A DNA stretch of 64,000 nt from an uncultured Pseudomonadota bacterium (GCA_902771695.1 CACXXP010000008.1:1886-65885), one strand, 5' to 3'. Counted from the stretch's first letter, positions 9,144-18,389 are shown. Program-made: numbers and translations. Notes: generated by a model from the sequence alone, not told the origin.

Positions 9144-12100
9144 TTGCGGCATTTAATCAGTTGTATTTTTGCTGGGCTCTTGGTGTGTACGCTCGATTTT
9201 GGTGCGGCACGTGCTGATGATTTTACAATTACCTATGAATTAGATGACGGAACAAACTATGTGAACGCACCGGCAAGTTATACCGAAGGAATTGGTGCAA
9301 CAATTGATGGTATTCCAACCAAAGCAGATAACGTCTTTGCCGGATGGTGCACAGACAGTGCACTTGAAACCTGCGCCATAACACAAACAATTGACACAAA
9401 CGCGACCGGCAATAAAACATTCTACGCCAAATGGACAGCGTGCCCCGCGTGTGCAACAATCAACGCAACCTGTACATTATCGGTTATAAACAATACTTGC
9501 ACATATACCACGGCATGCGAAGCCGGCTATGACAATATAATAAACAATGGGGCCTTTAACGCAAGTTGCGGTATTCCGACATGTATTGGTGCAACATTTT
9601 ATGATACCGCACTTGAAGACTGTACCCCATGTCCGACAGGATATAACGTTAATACAACCCCAGGCAAGACGGATGTTACCCAATGCCAAACACAATGTGC
9701 TGCCGGTACTTTTGTTGAATTTCCGGGTATTTATGGGTATACACACATTGAATATCTGGAAAGTGATGGCAAACAGTTTATTAATACTGGATTCACACAC
9801 CCCGCCGGCACCACCAACGTTCGTGGCGAAATTCGTATAGGCACAGGATCAACCAAAATTAACAAAAACGTTAACTTTTTAGGGAATCAGACCACTAATG
9901 TGGGGGGCTATTCTGTTGGGTGGGCGCCATCAGTATTTAAATTGTGGATGGAGGTTGGTGGTGGTCGATTAAACAGTGCCCCACAGGATCTTCTTGTAAA
10001 CTCCGTTCATGATCTTTCTTTTGAAATTACACCAGACACGCGTTATTTGACCACTGATGGCGATACCGTAGAAGGGCCCCATACAGGCACCATTGTAACC
10101 AATACCCCTATTCATTTGTTTGATAATGGTATGCATCAAACAGAACAGATATTTATAGGACGTATGTACTATATCAGATTATATGAAAATGGTGTATTGG
10201 CCCATAATTTCTTGCCAGTAAGGGAAAACGCCACTGGCAGAGTCGGTGTATATGATACTGTTACAGGCAGATTCTTTACCAACAGTGGAACCGATGAATT
10301 TTCATACGGTGACGATGTTACAACCATATGTGAAAATGTTGGCACAGGCCATTATGTCGGGCAACAAGTTGTGAACTTTGGTTCAGTGGGAATCAAAAAA
10401 GCATGCCCAGCCGGAACTTATTCAGATATTGAAAATGCCACCAGTTTGTCTGATTGTACCCCATGCCAAGGCGCAACATACAGCAGTGCCCCAGGGGCAG
10501 CAATGTGCAGCACATGTCCAACCGGATATAATTATAATAAAACAAATGGTAAAACGTCTGTGACACAATGTCAGATACATTGTGATGGCGGTCAATATTT
10601 GCCGATGGCAATTGTTGGACCATATACAGAGTTGGAATACATTCAAACATCTGGGACACAATGGATTAACACTGATCTTATGGTATCCAATTTAACAAAT
10701 CCGATTATGTCAATGACATTTCAATACCTTGATACGACCAAGGGAAAACAAACTGGGGCGGTTAAAGAACCACAATCATTTAAATTTGGAATTTCCAACG
10801 GCGGTCAATTTTTGTGTCAAAGTGCGGGCAGTAACAGCGAAGTGACATTCGGGCCCGCGGACACAGAAAAACACACATTCTTGCTAAATTCGCAAAATGC
10901 GACATGCAAACTGGATGATACAACATTGAACCTGACCGTTGGTAATTTATCAAACTTAACAGGTCTTATTACTGTTGGATCGGTTAGCGCCAATAAACAA
11001 CGTGTTGGAAATGTAAAAATCTATGATTTTGAACTTATTAGTAATAATTCCGTCGTTAGACATCTTATTCCCGCACGCCGTAACAGCGATAATTTGCTTG
11101 GAATGTATGACACCGTAAACGATGAATTCTATTCTAATGCGGGAACAGGGAGTTTTGTTGCAGGAGATGATGTAAATATTCAACTGTGCACAAATGTTGG
11201 TATTGGATATTGGGCACCAGAATCCGTGACAAATTATGGCAACGGTGCACCGCGCACAGCATGCGAAGATGGAAAAACAACCATGATAACCAATGCGACA
11301 AGTGCATCACAATGTGTTGATGACATCCAAGAATATACCGTAACGTATTCTTGTGGTGCGGGCACTGGGAACGCGCCATCAAACGCAATCGCCAAAGACG
11401 CGACATCATTTACCCCGGCGGCAAATAGTTGTTCACGTAATGGATATATCTTTACTGGTTGGGGGGTATCGGACACTCAAGATATTGTACCGGCGGGGGT
11501 CGCATTTGTATGGGAATACGACGAAGACAAAACCCTTACTGCGCAATGGTCTGAATGTGAGGCATGTAATCCGACAAATGCAACATGCAGCTATACGGGT
11601 ATTGTTAATAATGTTTGCACATATACAACAACCTGTGATTTGGGATACGGCAACATACAAAATGATGGTCAATATAATCCGATATGTACACTAATCTTAT
11701 GCGAAAATGCAACATATATGAACAATGGTGTGTGCACCCCATGTCCAGCCGGGTATAATGCCAATACCACACCGGGCAAAACGGCAAATACCCAGTGTCA
11801 AATACATTGTGATGGTGGTTCATACATTGCAACCGCAAATGATACATCGTGTTCCAATGTAGGTGTTGGATACTGGGCCGCAGAAAGCACCATAAATTAC
11901 GGTTCTGTTGGCACCCATACGGCATGTCCCGCAGGATTAACAACCGTTGGATATGGTCATGGTGCCGATGAAGAAAATGATTGTGGACGCAAGTTGCACA
12001 TTGATAATACCGTATTCTATACACGTCGAAACAAGGTTACCACCCCATCGTTGAATTTCATGACAGAAAACGGTGATACATTCTATTTAAGTTTAAGTAC

Positions 12101-12200
12101 AACAAATCATAATCTGTCACGCATGCATGCGAACTATCAAGGAATAAACTATACCGCATATGATGACAGTTTAATTCATAATGAACGCACATTTGAATAA
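9144..12200 (+). CDS. Large secreted modular surface protein (1018 aa) with Listeria-Bacteroides-type repeat units, Cys-rich repeats and two lectin-like modules
   Basis: Signal peptide MRHLISCIFAGLLVCTLDFGAARA. Two F/YT(I/V)TY...F(A/T)GW...(A/T)(K/Q)W units. Three CTPCPxGYNxNxTxGKTxxTQCQ(I/T)(H/Q)C repeats. Two Y(T)x(I/L)EY(L/I)(E/Q)(S/T)xGxQ(F/W)INT ... (V/M)YDTV(T/N)xxF(F/Y)(T/S)N(S/A)GT(D/G)xF modules. TTG start with GGGGGA SD. Confidence 0.75.
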   Translation: MRHLISCIFAGLLVCTLDFGAARADDFTITYELDDGTNYVNAPASYTEGIGATIDGIPTKADNVFAGWCTDSALETCAITQTIDTNATGNKTFYAKWTACPACATINATCTLSVINNTCTYTTACEAGYDNIINNGAFNASCGIPTCIGATFYDTALEDCTPCPTGYNVNTTPGKTDVTQCQTQCAAGTFVEFPGIYGYTHIEYLESDGKQFINTGFTHPAGTTNVRGEIRIGTGSTKINKNVNFLGNQTTNVGGYSVGWAPSVFKLWMEVGGGRLNSAPQDLLVNSVHDLSFEITPDTRYLTTDGDTVEGPHTGTIVTNTPIHLFDNGMHQTEQIFIGRMYYIRLYENGVLAHNFLPVRENATGRVGVYDTVTGRFFTNSGTDEFSYGDDVTTICENVGTGHYVGQQVVNFGSVGIKKACPAGTYSDIENATSLSDCTPCQGATYSSAPGAAMCSTCPTGYNYNKTNGKTSVTQCQIHCDGGQYLPMAIVGPYTELEYIQTSGTQWINTDLMVSNLTNPIMSMTFQYLDTTKGKQTGAVKEPQSFKFGISNGGQFLCQSAGSNSEVTFGPADTEKHTFLLNSQNATCKLDDTTLNLTVGNLSNLTGLITVGSVSANKQRVGNVKIYDFELISNNSVVRHLIPARRNSDNLLGMYDTVNDEFYSNAGTGSFVAGDDVNIQLCTNVGIGYWAPESVTNYGNGAPRTACEDGKTTMITNATSASQCVDDIQEYTVTYSCGAGTGNAPSNAIAKDATSFTPAANSCSRNGYIFTGWGVSDTQDIVPAGVAFVWEYDEDKTLTAQWSECEACNPTNATCSYTGIVNNVCTYTTTCDLGYGNIQNDGQYNPICTLILCENATYMNNGVCTPCPAGYNANTTPGKTANTQCQIHCDGGSYIATANDTSCSNVGVGYWAAESTINYGSVGTHTACPAGLTTVGYGHGADEENDCGRKLHIDNTVFYTRRNKVTTPSLNFMTENGDTFYLSLSTTNHNLSRMHANYQGINYTAYDDSLIHNERTFE

Positions 12201-12232
12201 AACACCCCGCTCTTTTCAGCGGGGTGTTTTAT
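12201..12232. terminator. Bidirectional terminator between the surface-protein gene and gdh
   Basis: AACACCCCGC-TCTTTTCA-GCGGGGTGTT followed by TTTAT. Confidence 0.7.
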
Positions 12233-12242
12233 CAAGAAATTA

Positions 12243-13496
12243 TTAACACCAACCACGCAATTTCATTGCCGTGGCCACGCGTTTAATAGAATACATGTAT
12301 GCGGCTTCACGCATGCTGACCTTGTATTCACATTTGATTTTATAAATTGCATCAAATGCGGTTGTCATGGCGGTATGTTCTTTTTCTTCTACCTGTTGTT
12401 CTGACCAGTAATAACCATATCTGTTTTGCACCCATTCAAAGTATGACACGGTCACACCACCCGCATTTGCCAAGATGTCTGGGACAACCATAACACCGTT
12501 TTTTAACAATATTTCTTCACCTTCCAGTGTGGTTGGTCCATTTGCACCTTCGACCACCAATTTGGTTTTAATCAGTGGTGCGGTGTCTTTGTTGATTGTG
12601 TTTTCCATTGCACATGGTGACAATACATCTACATCCAATGCCCAAAATTCATCAGCACTGATTACCGATGCACCTGCAAAGTCCTTGATACTGCCGTTAT
12701 TATTGTTTTTATATTCCATCAACGCGTCAATATCCAACCCGTCCGCATTAAACAGAATTGTGTTCCATTCGGCGATTGCGACAATTTTGGCACCCATATC
12801 GTGTGAACATTTGGCGGTAAAACTGCCGACATTACCAAAGCCCTGAATTGCAATTTTTGCACCACGAATATCTTTGCCCATTGTTTTTAATGCAGACGCG
12901 ATTGTAATAGAAATCCCCAAACCTGTTGCCTTGGTACGTCCCAAAGAACCATTTAATTCAACCGGTTTACCGGTAAATGTTCCAAACGAATTATCACCAG
13001 ACAATTTGATATATTCATCTATCATCCAAGACATGATTTGGCCGTTTGTATTAACATCTGGGGCCGGAACATCGCACTTTTCACCCAAGATAGGATAAAT
13101 TGCATCAACATATCCACGCGACAGACGTTCCAATTCGCCGACCGATAATTCTTTTGGGTCAACGATGATACCGCCCTTGCCGCCCCCATATGGCAAACCG
13201 GTCACCGCGCATTTAAATGTCATCCAAATAGAAAGCGCGGAAACTTCGTCACGTGATACAGCGGGATGAAACCGAATGCCGCCCTTGGATGGACCCAAGG
13301 CCGTGTTATGCTGCGCACGAAATCCAGTAAATGTCTTGATTGTTCCATCGTCCATCTTGACCGGAATCTGAACCTCTACAATACGTGCGGGGTTCTTTAA
13401 TATTTCATAAACGTTTTTATCCATTCCCAATTTGTCGCATGCGGCTTTTACACGTGCCTGGGCGGCAATTAATGGATTTGTATTTTCATTTGACAT
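12243..13496 (-). CDS. gdh: Glutamate dehydrogenase (Glu/Leu/Phe/Val dehydrogenase family, 417 aa)
   Basis: GLPYGGGKGGI active-site Lys motif and a GFGNVG dinucleotide-binding loop; GGAGA SD. Confidence 0.9.
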   Translation of the reverse strand: MSNENTNPLIAAQARVKAACDKLGMDKNVYEILKNPARIVEVQIPVKMDDGTIKTFTGFRAQHNTALGPSKGGIRFHPAVSRDEVSALSIWMTFKCAVTGLPYGGGKGGIIVDPKELSVGELERLSRGYVDAIYPILGEKCDVPAPDVNTNGQIMSWMIDEYIKLSGDNSFGTFTGKPVELNGSLGRTKATGLGISITIASALKTMGKDIRGAKIAIQGFGNVGSFTAKCSHDMGAKIVAIAEWNTILFNADGLDIDALMEYKNNNNGSIKDFAGASVISADEFWALDVDVLSPCAMENTINKDTAPLIKTKLVVEGANGPTTLEGEEILLKNGVMVVPDILANAGGVTVSYFEWVQNRYGYYWSEQQVEEKEHTAMTTAFDAIYKIKCEYKVSMREAAYMYSIKRVATAMKLRGWC

Positions 13497-13575
13497 ATAT
13501 ATCTCCTGTTAAAGTATGATATAGATATACGACCAAACAGGCGAAAAATCAAATACAAAAAATATTCTTTTCCAC

Positions 13576-13604
13576 TGGACAAAGCATACGATACATTATA
13601 GAAT
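13576..13604 (+). promoter_or_regulatory. Sigma-70-like promoter candidate for tRNA-Gly
   Basis: TGGACA - 17 nt - TAGAAT, ending 15 nt before the tRNA 5' end. Confidence 0.4.
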
Positions 13605-13619
13605 GTGAACGCTTTATCT

Positions 13620-13693
13620 GCGGGCGTGGTATAATGGCAGCACGAAAGCTTCCCAAGCTTTAGACGAGGGTTCGATTCCCTTCGCCCGCACCA
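13620..13693 (+). tRNA. tRNA-Gly (anticodon CCC)
   Basis: Cloverleaf GCGGGCG/CGCCCGC acceptor stem, anticodon loop TTCCCAA, GGTTCGATTCC T-arm, encoded CCA. Near-identical in layout to enterobacterial glyU. Confidence 0.92.
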
Positions 13694-13697
13694 AAAA
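13675..13697 (+). repeat. Direct repeat copy 1 (tRNA-Gly T-arm/acceptor 3' end plus 4 nt): ATTCCCTTCGCCCGCACCAAAAA
   Basis: Identical 23-mer recurs at 13835-13857. Confidence 0.95.
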
Positions 13698-13700
13698 TTT

Positions 13701-13725
13701 AATCGGCCTTGTGCCGATTTAATTT
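13701..13725 (+). terminator. Hairpin terminator after tRNA-Gly
   Basis: AATCGGC-CTTGT-GCCGATT followed by TAATTT. Confidence 0.45.
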
Positions 13726-13834
13726 ATGGTATGCGACGACGGAAGCGAACCCGATAGAGTTGCGCAGCAACAAAGGGTTTGGAACAAGCAAAGCGCAGTG
13801 AAAGGGGCCCATGAACGAAGTGAATGGGAATTAC

Positions 13835-13857
13835 ATTCCCTTCGCCCGCACCAAAAA
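13835..13857 (+). repeat. Direct repeat copy 2 of the tRNA-Gly 3' end (att-like)
   Basis: Exact 23-nt match to 13675-13697, but no tRNA 5' half precedes it. Confidence 0.95.
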
Positions 13858-13859
13858 CA

Positions 13860-13886
13860 AAACCGGCATTTGCCGGTTTAATTTTT
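13860..13886. terminator. Bidirectional hairpin terminator (ends the minus-strand HNH operon)
   Basis: AAACCGGC-ATTT-GCCGGTTT, followed by AATTTTT on plus and TTTTGTTTTT on minus. Confidence 0.6.
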
Positions 13887-13894
13887 GACATACA

Positions 13895-14485
13895 TTAGCG
13901 ATGAAAACTAAGACACCCATCACACCAACCATTCATACGTATATGATTGCGACGCGGTTCCTTTCTTTCATTACGTTTGCCAGACAACGTCAAACCACGG
14001 GGCTTGCCGGTTTTTTGTTTTTTTGTTCTTTCTGGTTGGATATTATATTTGGCTTTTAATTGTTGCAACATTACAGATTCAACGTGACAAAAGCACTCTT
14101 CCTTTATTTGCGATCCCTTTTCAACATTGCACGTTGTACACATTGGTGTCATATTTTTAATATCATCGGGGCCACCAATAGATTTTGCAAACACATGGTC
14201 CCATGAAAAGCACCTAAAATCTGTCAGTTCCCGCCCACATGACGAACATTTTGGTGGTTGTCCATGTGCCGCCAAGATACGATACAGATTTTTGATATCC
14301 CCAGGGGTTAATTGGTCTTTCAATACCATAATACTTGTCAAAATTCCTGCGACTTCTTGGGCGCATTTTTGTGGTTGATTTCGCACCACAGAAACATGAC
14401 TTATTATTTTAATATCCCTTGGGGTAAATTGATTTGTTAACAACCCTATATTTGTCAAAACATCGGTTATTTCTTCATCTGTCAT
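13895..14485 (-). CDS. HNH-motif endonuclease-like protein with a duplicated N-terminal ~35-aa unit and a basic tail (196 aa)
   Basis: CSSCGRELT...WDHVFAKSIGGPDDIKNMTPMCTTCNVEKG (CxxC...DH...N...CxxCN). Internal repeat LTNQFTPRDIK...QPQKC / LKDQLTPGDIK...QPPKC. Confidence 0.7.
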   Translation of the reverse strand: MTDEEITDVLTNIGLLTNQFTPRDIKIISHVSVVRNQPQKCAQEVAGILTSIMVLKDQLTPGDIKNLYRILAAHGQPPKCSSCGRELTDFRCFSWDHVFAKSIGGPDDIKNMTPMCTTCNVEKGSQIKEECFCHVESVMLQQLKAKYNIQPERTKKQKTGKPRGLTLSGKRNERKEPRRNHIRMNGWCDGCLSFHR

Positions 14486-14501
14486 AATATATGTCCCGTT
14501 T

Positions 14502-14750
14502 TTATTTTCTGTTTGCCAATTTAATCTGTTTTGCCTGCTCTTCCAATTCCAGCATACATTTCCAATATTTCCGCCACAAAGATTTAGTTGGATGATTCTT
14601 TTTTAATACACGCACATAATCATTAATGTCCGCATTATACGGAAACGTCTGGGATAGCACCTGAAAACGTTGAATCATTTCTTGCCAATCTTGATTAAGT
14701 TGGTCATTGCCGCCACTCTTGGAATCCACTATTGGATATTTTATCGCCAT
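14502..14750 (-). CDS. Hypothetical small protein (82 aa from MAIKYP)
   Basis: GGGGGAAAAT precedes the ATG at 14750; 11-nt gap to the upstream gene and 16-nt gap to the HNH gene. Confidence 0.5.
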   Translation of the reverse strand: MAIKYPIVDSKSGGNDQLNQDWQEMIQRFQVLSQTFPYNADINDYVRVLKKNHPTKSLWRKYWKCMLELEEQAKQIKLANRK

Positions 14751-14761
14751 ATTTTCCCCCA

Positions 14762-16024
14762 TTACCATGAACGACCGTTCCCACGGGTACCATTGCGTTG
14801 CCATGCACGCATTTCCGCAATTTTATTCTGTACTTCTTTGGTTGGATTTTTAATCACTGATTCCGCCCGGGCAATCAGTCGGTCCGCATCAAAACGCAGT
14901 GGGTTTATCTTGTCCAACAACCACAGTTGCATCCATGCAGGTTGATTTTTTATGTTTGCAATATACCACATATCACTTTTCAGATTTCGCAAATCATCAT
15001 ACATTTTTTGGACGACAACCGATGGCTTTTTTATTAAACTGTATGTTATATCTAAATCCCAATCTTGAATGTAACTATTCTCGGCAAATGCTGTTTGCAA
15101 TGCCAGCATCTGAATTGCATCATATTGAAACGGAATTGCCCCAATCGCATATGGTGCGTTTGTGACAGCACGTTCTTTGACCGCCTTGGATGGGGCCGGT
15201 TTATGCATGTGTGATATAGCAAAATCGCCGTTTGGTTCAATATCACGTTGGCTATGATGCGAAACAAATAATAATCTGAAGCGTTCCAAATCTTGGCCTG
15301 TCAAACAATTACTGTTTGTTTCCACAATATCCACAAATTTCGGTAAATCCCAGCCCGCAATTATACACCACCCGATGTTTTCCCATCGATTCAATATATC
15401 CTTTACGCGTGCCCTGGACAATGACAATTCACCTCTTATCAGGGCATCAACCTCCATGTCCGGGGTACGTTTTTCGGGGGTAATATCACTAATTTTCAGT
15501 TTACCTTGTCTCAGAGCTTCTTTTATAGTAGACTCTGATGGGTTGTTTACGAATTGCAGATTGTGTTTGGCATTACGACGTTTCAACACCAATTCTTGCA
15601 TTTTTTCACTTGGGTGTTCAATCATTGAAATCATGGACGGCATATAGTTCAGAACAACCATAATTTCTTCTTCTGTTAAAAACTGATTTACCTGATCTGA
15701 ACCCGCTTCCCGCATCTTTTCATACAACACAACCGACAGGTCTTGAAATTCCTGCATAAATTCTGGTTCGTCTTTTAATTGAATTGCAACCAACAGATGC
15801 AAACTAACGCGATCCGGTGCATAACGATTATAATGATTTTTGCTTATTGTTTTCTGGACAATATCGTTAAAATGCCGAAGGACCTTTTGTGTTGTGAAAT
15901 AATATCCAGCCTGAGTACCTTTTAATAAATGCATACATGCATCACATACATTTTTATACATAAAGTATTCTTGCTTGGTCGCAAAATTTTTTATCCTTAA
16001 TTCATTGGCTGCGTCACCGTCCAT
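14762..16024 (-). CDS. Hypothetical helical-repeat protein (420 aa from MDGDAAN)
   Basis: AAGGGG SD before the ATG at 16024. Recurring motif [IV]-x-[NH]-[PQ]-[STP]-x-x-x-[QIM] (IEHPSEKMQEL, VNNPSESTIKEAL, IKNQPAWMQLW, IKNPTKEVQNKI). Confidence 0.6.
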   Translation of the reverse strand: MDGDAANELRIKNFATKQEYFMYKNVCDACMHLLKGTQAGYYFTTQKVLRHFNDIVQKTISKNHYNRYAPDRVSLHLLVAIQLKDEPEFMQEFQDLSVVLYEKMREAGSDQVNQFLTEEEIMVVLNYMPSMISMIEHPSEKMQELVLKRRNAKHNLQFVNNPSESTIKEALRQGKLKISDITPEKRTPDMEVDALIRGELSLSRARVKDILNRWENIGWCIIAGWDLPKFVDIVETNSNCLTGQDLERFRLLFVSHHSQRDIEPNGDFAISHMHKPAPSKAVKERAVTNAPYAIGAIPFQYDAIQMLALQTAFAENSYIQDWDLDITYSLIKKPSVVVQKMYDDLRNLKSDMWYIANIKNQPAWMQLWLLDKINPLRFDADRLIARAESVIKNPTKEVQNKIAEMRAWQRNGTRGNGRSW

Positions 16025-16034
16025 AATTGACCCC

Positions 16035-17198
16035 TTATTTTGTTGGAATTTGCAATAATTGTTTTGGATATATAAGGTTTGGATTATCAATACTGTTGCG
16101 TTCTGCGATCATTGTGTACAGTGTTCCACGGCGCAAAAAGTTTTTTGCAATTACCCACAGACAATCACCACGACGTACAGTGTAAAATGTATCACTGTCG
16201 CCTGTGGTTTCTGGCATAATAAAATTATGATTTACCGTTGCAACCGTATGTCCAGAATCATCGTGCAAACGAACCGTTAAATTATATTCTGCGCCCGGTT
16301 TTAATTCACCGATATCGGCACCAACACCAAAACTTTTATAATCAGATACACGTGCATCACCAACATATTTATCATCTAATGATAATGACACACGAAAACG
16401 GGGCAATGCTTCGCCCGTCACAATGATACGACCGGTATCCAAATAATCTATTTTTGACACGGTCAAATCACCATCTTTTAATACAGATGGCGACTGCATA
16501 ACCTTGCTGCCTTCTTTGGTCATAAGCAATGACACAGAATTACGATAATCGGCATCAGATATATACAAGAATAATTTATCGGCCGATTTCATCGTTGGTT
16601 TAACACCCATCAATTCAATTGTATAATTACCAGGCGCAAGTTTTGGGGTATAAACAAATTCGCCGTTATTGTCAGTTCTTTCGGTTGCAACAATTTTATT
16701 GTTCACAACAATGGATATATTCTTGTTCGCCTGCCACCGACCGGCAATAACAACCAACCCATCATATTGAATGCGCGCAACATCAAATGTCGGTATGTTT
16801 GTCGGTTCAGAAATTTTTTTAACCGTGCCTTTGGACACGGTTTCAACAGGAACAGGTTTTGCGGCATTCAACACAACAATCTTTTGTGGTGCAGATGAAC
16901 GTGCAAAAACAATCCATATTGTCACCAGCAAAACAATAAATGCACACAAAATCGGGAACCAATAATCACGCAACACAGAACGATTATTGTTGTCATCACG
17001 ACTGCGCATGGTGCGTGTTTCGCGTGGTGTTTCTTGAACAGTATTGTTTTCCACAGAACTGTTACGGGCACGCAAAAAACGGCGTGTAAAGCTGCGCCGA
17101 CGGGCAAGCCAACTGTCCTGCTGTGCAATTGCATCTTCAATTAAAACATCGGTTGATCGTTTTGTTTTTCCCATAACGGCGGTATTATTGTTTGCCAT
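16035..17198 (-). CDS. LysM-domain membrane-anchored peptidoglycan-binding protein (387 aa)
   Basis: C-terminal LysM YTVRRGDCLWVIAKNF...NLIYPKQLLQIP. One N-terminal TM (WFPILCAFIVLLVTIWIVF). AAGGAGA SD before the ATG at 17198. Confidence 0.8.
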   Translation of the reverse strand: MANNNTAVMGKTKRSTDVLIEDAIAQQDSWLARRRSFTRRFLRARNSSVENNTVQETPRETRTMRSRDDNNNRSVLRDYWFPILCAFIVLLVTIWIVFARSSAPQKIVVLNAAKPVPVETVSKGTVKKISEPTNIPTFDVARIQYDGLVVIAGRWQANKNISIVVNNKIVATERTDNNGEFVYTPKLAPGNYTIELMGVKPTMKSADKLFLYISDADYRNSVSLLMTKEGSKVMQSPSVLKDGDLTVSKIDYLDTGRIIVTGEALPRFRVSLSLDDKYVGDARVSDYKSFGVGADIGELKPGAEYNLTVRLHDDSGHTVATVNHNFIMPETTGDSDTFYTVRRGDCLWVIAKNFLRRGTLYTMIAERNSIDNPNLIYPKQLLQIPTK

Positions 17199-17309
17199 AT
17201 TCGTATCTCCTTTGGGCGATATTATTTTTGTTATTAGACAAAATAGCATAAAAAAGTTTTCTTTGTCAACTTATTTATGATATAATCTGGCTGAAATTAG
17301 GGAGAAAAC

Positions 17310-18389
17310 ATGAAAAAAATTGGAATTATGACAACGGGTGGCGATTGCAGTGGTTTGAACAGCGTTATAAATCGGGTTGTATTGGGCGCAATAAAGCGCA
17401 AATGGCGGGTTTGTGGTATTGTTGATGGCACAGATGGTCTGTGTACTTGTCCACCAAATGTAATTGATATGACAACCGAAACATTGCCAATTGAAGTCGC
17501 ACGCATCGCAGGCAGTTTTCTGCATAACGGCAACGCATGTATGATGAATTTTGAAAATGCCGCAGAAACAGGTCGCTTGGCCCAATTTAACAAAATGTTA
17601 AAGAAATCATTTGGGGCACTGAATCTGGACGCATTGGTTTTAATCGGCGGAAATGGCAGTTTTTCACTGTCATACAAAAACACAGATATTTATTCTGGTC
17701 TGTCTTTAATCTGTATTCCCAAAACCATAGATTTTGATATACCGTTGACCGATAAAACAATTGGGTTTGATACGGCGGTAAATGAATTAACGCGATATTG
17801 CGACCAATTATTACTGACCGCACGCAGTCATCATCGCTGGTTTGTGGTGCAAACGATGGGGCGTGATTGCGGACGTTTGGCATTAAATGCCGGCGTTGCA
17901 ATTGGGGCCGATGCAATTATTGTACCAGAAATCAAATTTGATATAGATAAATTGGTCCGTCATATTCAACATGTTCCACGCGATTACGGCATTATTATGG
18001 TATCCGAAGGTGTGACACTGCGCGGACATTCGGGACGTCCCGCAGATATGATTTCGCGAAAATTGACAGCCGCAGGTGTACAAAATCGCGCTGCATTTCC
18101 GGACTATATTCAACGCGCCGGTGACACAACCGCCGCCGACAGAATATTGGCCGCCAAGATGGCAACATGCGCATTGAACGCAATTGAAAACAATGAAACA
18201 AATGTTATGACGGCGTTGCGTGGTGGCGAATGTGTGACCGTGCCATTGTCTGATTTCTATGCCGCCGGCGACTTGTCACGCGACCCAAATATTCGCGATT
18301 TGTACACATCAAACGCGTATATTGAACCAGATGATCCGTTGCTGGATGTCGCAAATGCAATGAATATCTATATTGGTGAAATGAAATAA
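17310..18389 (+). CDS. pfkA: 6-phosphofructokinase
   Basis: MKKIGIMTTGGDCSGLNSVI, IGGNGS and MGRDCG motifs; GGGAGA SD. Confidence 0.9.
   Translation: MKKIGIMTTGGDCSGLNSVINRVVLGAIKRKWRVCGIVDGTDGLCTCPPNVIDMTTETLPIEVARIAGSFLHNGNACMMNFENAAETGRLAQFNKMLKKSFGALNLDALVLIGGNGSFSLSYKNTDIYSGLSLICIPKTIDFDIPLTDKTIGFDTAVNELTRYCDQLLLTARSHHRWFVVQTMGRDCGRLALNAGVAIGADAIIVPEIKFDIDKLVRHIQHVPRDYGIIMVSEGVTLRGHSGRPADMISRKLTAAGVQNRAAFPDYIQRAGDTTAADRILAAKMATCALNAIENNETNVMTALRGGECVTVPLSDFYAAGDLSRDPNIRDLYTSNAYIEPDDPLLDVANAMNIYIGEMK

Noticed and set aside
13726-13881. 51-codon ORF spanning the GC-rich insert and the second tRNA-Gly repeat
   Set aside because: It has no SD and is composed partly of duplicated tRNA sequence and a terminator hairpin. 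It is not called as a gene but is mentioned in the finding.
13694-13886. tmRNA (including the two-piece alphaproteobacterial form) or SRP RNA at the tRNA-Gly duplicate
   Set aside because: The acceptor stem has G3-C70 rather than the G-U alanine identity pair. No tag reading frame or complementary 5' acceptor strand follows the CCA. The SRP domain IV consensus (GGAA tetraloop with a paired AGCAGC arm) is not formed.
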